DNA of 39,147 bases from Planctomycetota bacterium (lineage in GTDB: Bacteria > Planctomycetota > MHYJ01 > JACPRB01), in NCBI GenBank assembly GCA_035649615.1, contig DASRJF010000409.1, forward strand, positions 1-39,147, given 5' to 3'. The position numbers and the translations under genes are program-made. Positions 37,842-39,147 of the stretch are shown piece by piece. Numbering within the stretch: the stretch's first letter is position 1; the number at the start of each line of letters is the position of its first letter. Below the pieces are notes generated by a model, which was not told where the DNA came from, searched no databases, and saw only the letters and a program-made list of their open reading frames with translations.

Positions 37842-39147
37842 CTACTTGAGATCCGCCGCGGCGTCCACGATGGCCTTTTCCGGGGGCGCCAGGAGCGGAA
37901 TCCGGGCGCGCCACCGGTCCTCGAACCCGGGGTGCGCCGCCTGTTTCTTCCGCCATTCCTGGAAGATCGCGACGGCCTGCTCCTGAGTTCCGCCGGTCCC
38001 CAGCGTGGCCACGGCGGCCTGGACGCCGTCGAGGGCGAGCCGGGGGACGCGCCGGGCGAGTCCGCCAAGCCTCAACGCCTCCCGATACTCGTCCGCGGCT
38101 TCCGTACTGCGTCCCGACGCGTCGAGGATCCGCCCGAGCAGGTACCGGTGATAGGACCGGGTGGGGTAGAGTTCGACCGCGCGGCGCGCGTGTCGCTCCG
38201 ATTCCTGGAGCAGCGCCCGGGCGGCCGCCGCATCGATGCCGGTCGTGGCCCCCTGCTGGTGGCGAGCCACCGCCTCCTGGACTTCGGCCAGGCGCGCCTC
38301 GATGGCCGCGTACCGCGGCCGGCGGCGGATCGCATCCTCGAGGATCGTGATCGCGAGCTCGGCGCGGCGGGTCTCGCCCGGGGACGCCGCCCACCGGACG
38401 TACTCGCTGAGCGCCCGTTCGACCGCGGGGCCGGGATCGAGCAGGTTCGCCTCGGCCGCCGCCTCCCGGTGAAGATCCGCGTCGTCGAATCTCCCCTGCG
38501 ACGCGGCGATCGAGCCGTTCAGCGACTGGTCGTCCGCCTCGAGGAATCGCGGGGCCACCAGCGCGGCCAGGGGGAGGGCGATGGCGAAAAGGACGATCGC
38601 GCCGATGGCCGGAATCGCCGGCCCCGCGTGCGACGGGGATTCGAGCGGGGAAGAGAGCGCCAGCGCGGCCAGCGCCAGGAAGAAGAAGTGGCGAAACGCC
38701 GGATCGGGCAGGTCGAAATCGACCAGGAAGTGGACCGCGACTCCGGCGAGGCCCGCGATCAGCCCGATGCGCGAGAAGTCGCCGAACGAACCGCGCTTCG
38801 AGAAGAGCTGGTACGCCCCGAGTCCCGCCGCCGCCAAGGCCAGCGCCATCCAGATATCGCCGAACACGCCCTGGAGTCCGGCCGCGGCGATCCATCCGAA
38901 CACGAGTCCCGCGCCGACCGGCACTCCCACGGCGGGCGAGAGGACGGACGGCTCCGGCGTCGCCGGCTTCAGCGCCTTGACGATGGCGACGGCCATCAGG
39001 CCGAGGAACGCCAGGAGCCCCGGGATTCCCAGCTCCACCATAACCTGGAGGTAATCGTTGTGGACGTGCCGGACCTCTTCCTGCCGGTCGTCCTTGTAGA
39101 CGTAATAGAGATCCTCGAAGTTGTTCAGCCCGACGCCGAACGGGTGG
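37842..39147 (-). CDS. O-antigen ligase (Wzy_C)-like membrane protein with a C-terminal TPR-like domain; 5' end outside the window
   Basis: The reading frame stays open from 39041 to the window edge and reads HPFGVGLNNFEDLYYVYKDDRQEEVRHVHNDYLQVMVELGIPGLLAFLGLM (Wzy_C-type H-x-H-N-x-YLQ motif). Further TM segments follow, then helical repeats (YHRYLLGRILDASGRSTEAADEYREALRL). Confidence 0.7.
   Translation of the reverse strand, partial: HPFGVGLNNFEDLYYVYKDDRQEEVRHVHNDYLQVMVELGIPGLLAFLGLMAVAIVKALKPATPEPSVLSPAVGVPVGAGLVFGWIAAAGLQGVFGDIWMALALAAAGLGAYQLFSKRGSFGDFSRIGLIAGLAGVAVHFLVDFDLPDPAFRHFFFLALAALALSSPLESPSHAGPAIPAIGAIVLFAIALPLAALVAPRFLEADDQSLNGSIAASQGRFDDADLHREAAAEANLLDPGPAVERALSEYVRWAASPGETRRAELAITILEDAIRRRPRYAAIEARLAEVQEAVARHQQGATTGIDAAAARALLQESERHARRAVELYPTRSYHRYLLGRILDASGRSTEAADEYREALRLGGLARRVPRLALDGVQAAVATLGTGGTQEQAVAIFQEWRKKQAAHPGFEDRWRARIPLLAPPEKAIVDAAADLK

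Noticed and set aside
36697-38895. 732-aa minus-strand ORF overlapping gatB and the O-antigen-ligase-like gene in another frame
   Set aside because: It is an Arg/Gly/Pro-rich alternative frame. gatB and the Wzy_C/TPR gene account for the region with conserved motifs.

Overview
This is a 39.1-kb window from a high-G+C bacterial chromosome. By eye the flanks are about 70% G+C; nothing was computed, and the taxon cannot be assigned from sequence alone. It falls into three blocks.

(1) 1-22927: a convergent pair of paralogous membrane-protein genes, a TPR/thioredoxin-fold gene and pfk. These are followed by a long plus-strand flagellar export/switch cluster: merR-like, fliF-G-H-I-J-N, fliO-[HEAT orf]-fliP, fliQ-R-[orf]-flhB-A-F-G-[orf]-fliA. 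Most junctions in the cluster are ATGA/GTGA overlaps. surE, bioF and bioA follow.

(2) 22928-33582: a visibly lower-G+C island (about 45-58% by eye) carrying nine co-directional minus-strand genes. I recognise no integrase, terminase, portal, protease, tail, replication or lysis gene. The first gene looks like an HK97-fold capsid/encapsulin-like shell protein. It is translationally coupled to a jelly-roll/CBM-like protein and a small basic protein. Downstream are four proteins, three of them Pro-rich and modular, that share a 'VDLSALR-PANL' module, plus a secreted TolB-like beta-propeller and a lipoprotein. The right junction carries two tandem tRNA-3'-end-like remnants but no intact tRNA. This island is my best candidate for an undescribed system: either a domesticated capsid/nanocompartment-like operon or a decayed phage structural module.

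(3) 33583-39147: a host lipoprotein + HEAT-repeat operon, gatB, and a truncated O-antigen-ligase-like gene.

The host intergenic regions carry a family of heptamer-periodic, partly palindromic repeats with shared cores. Other oddities are an FlhB lacking the NPTH autocleavage motif, a thioredoxin fold lacking CxxC, and an AT-rich perfect palindrome at the fliO start. Many long ORFs in the six-frame track are alternative-frame artefacts of high G+C.
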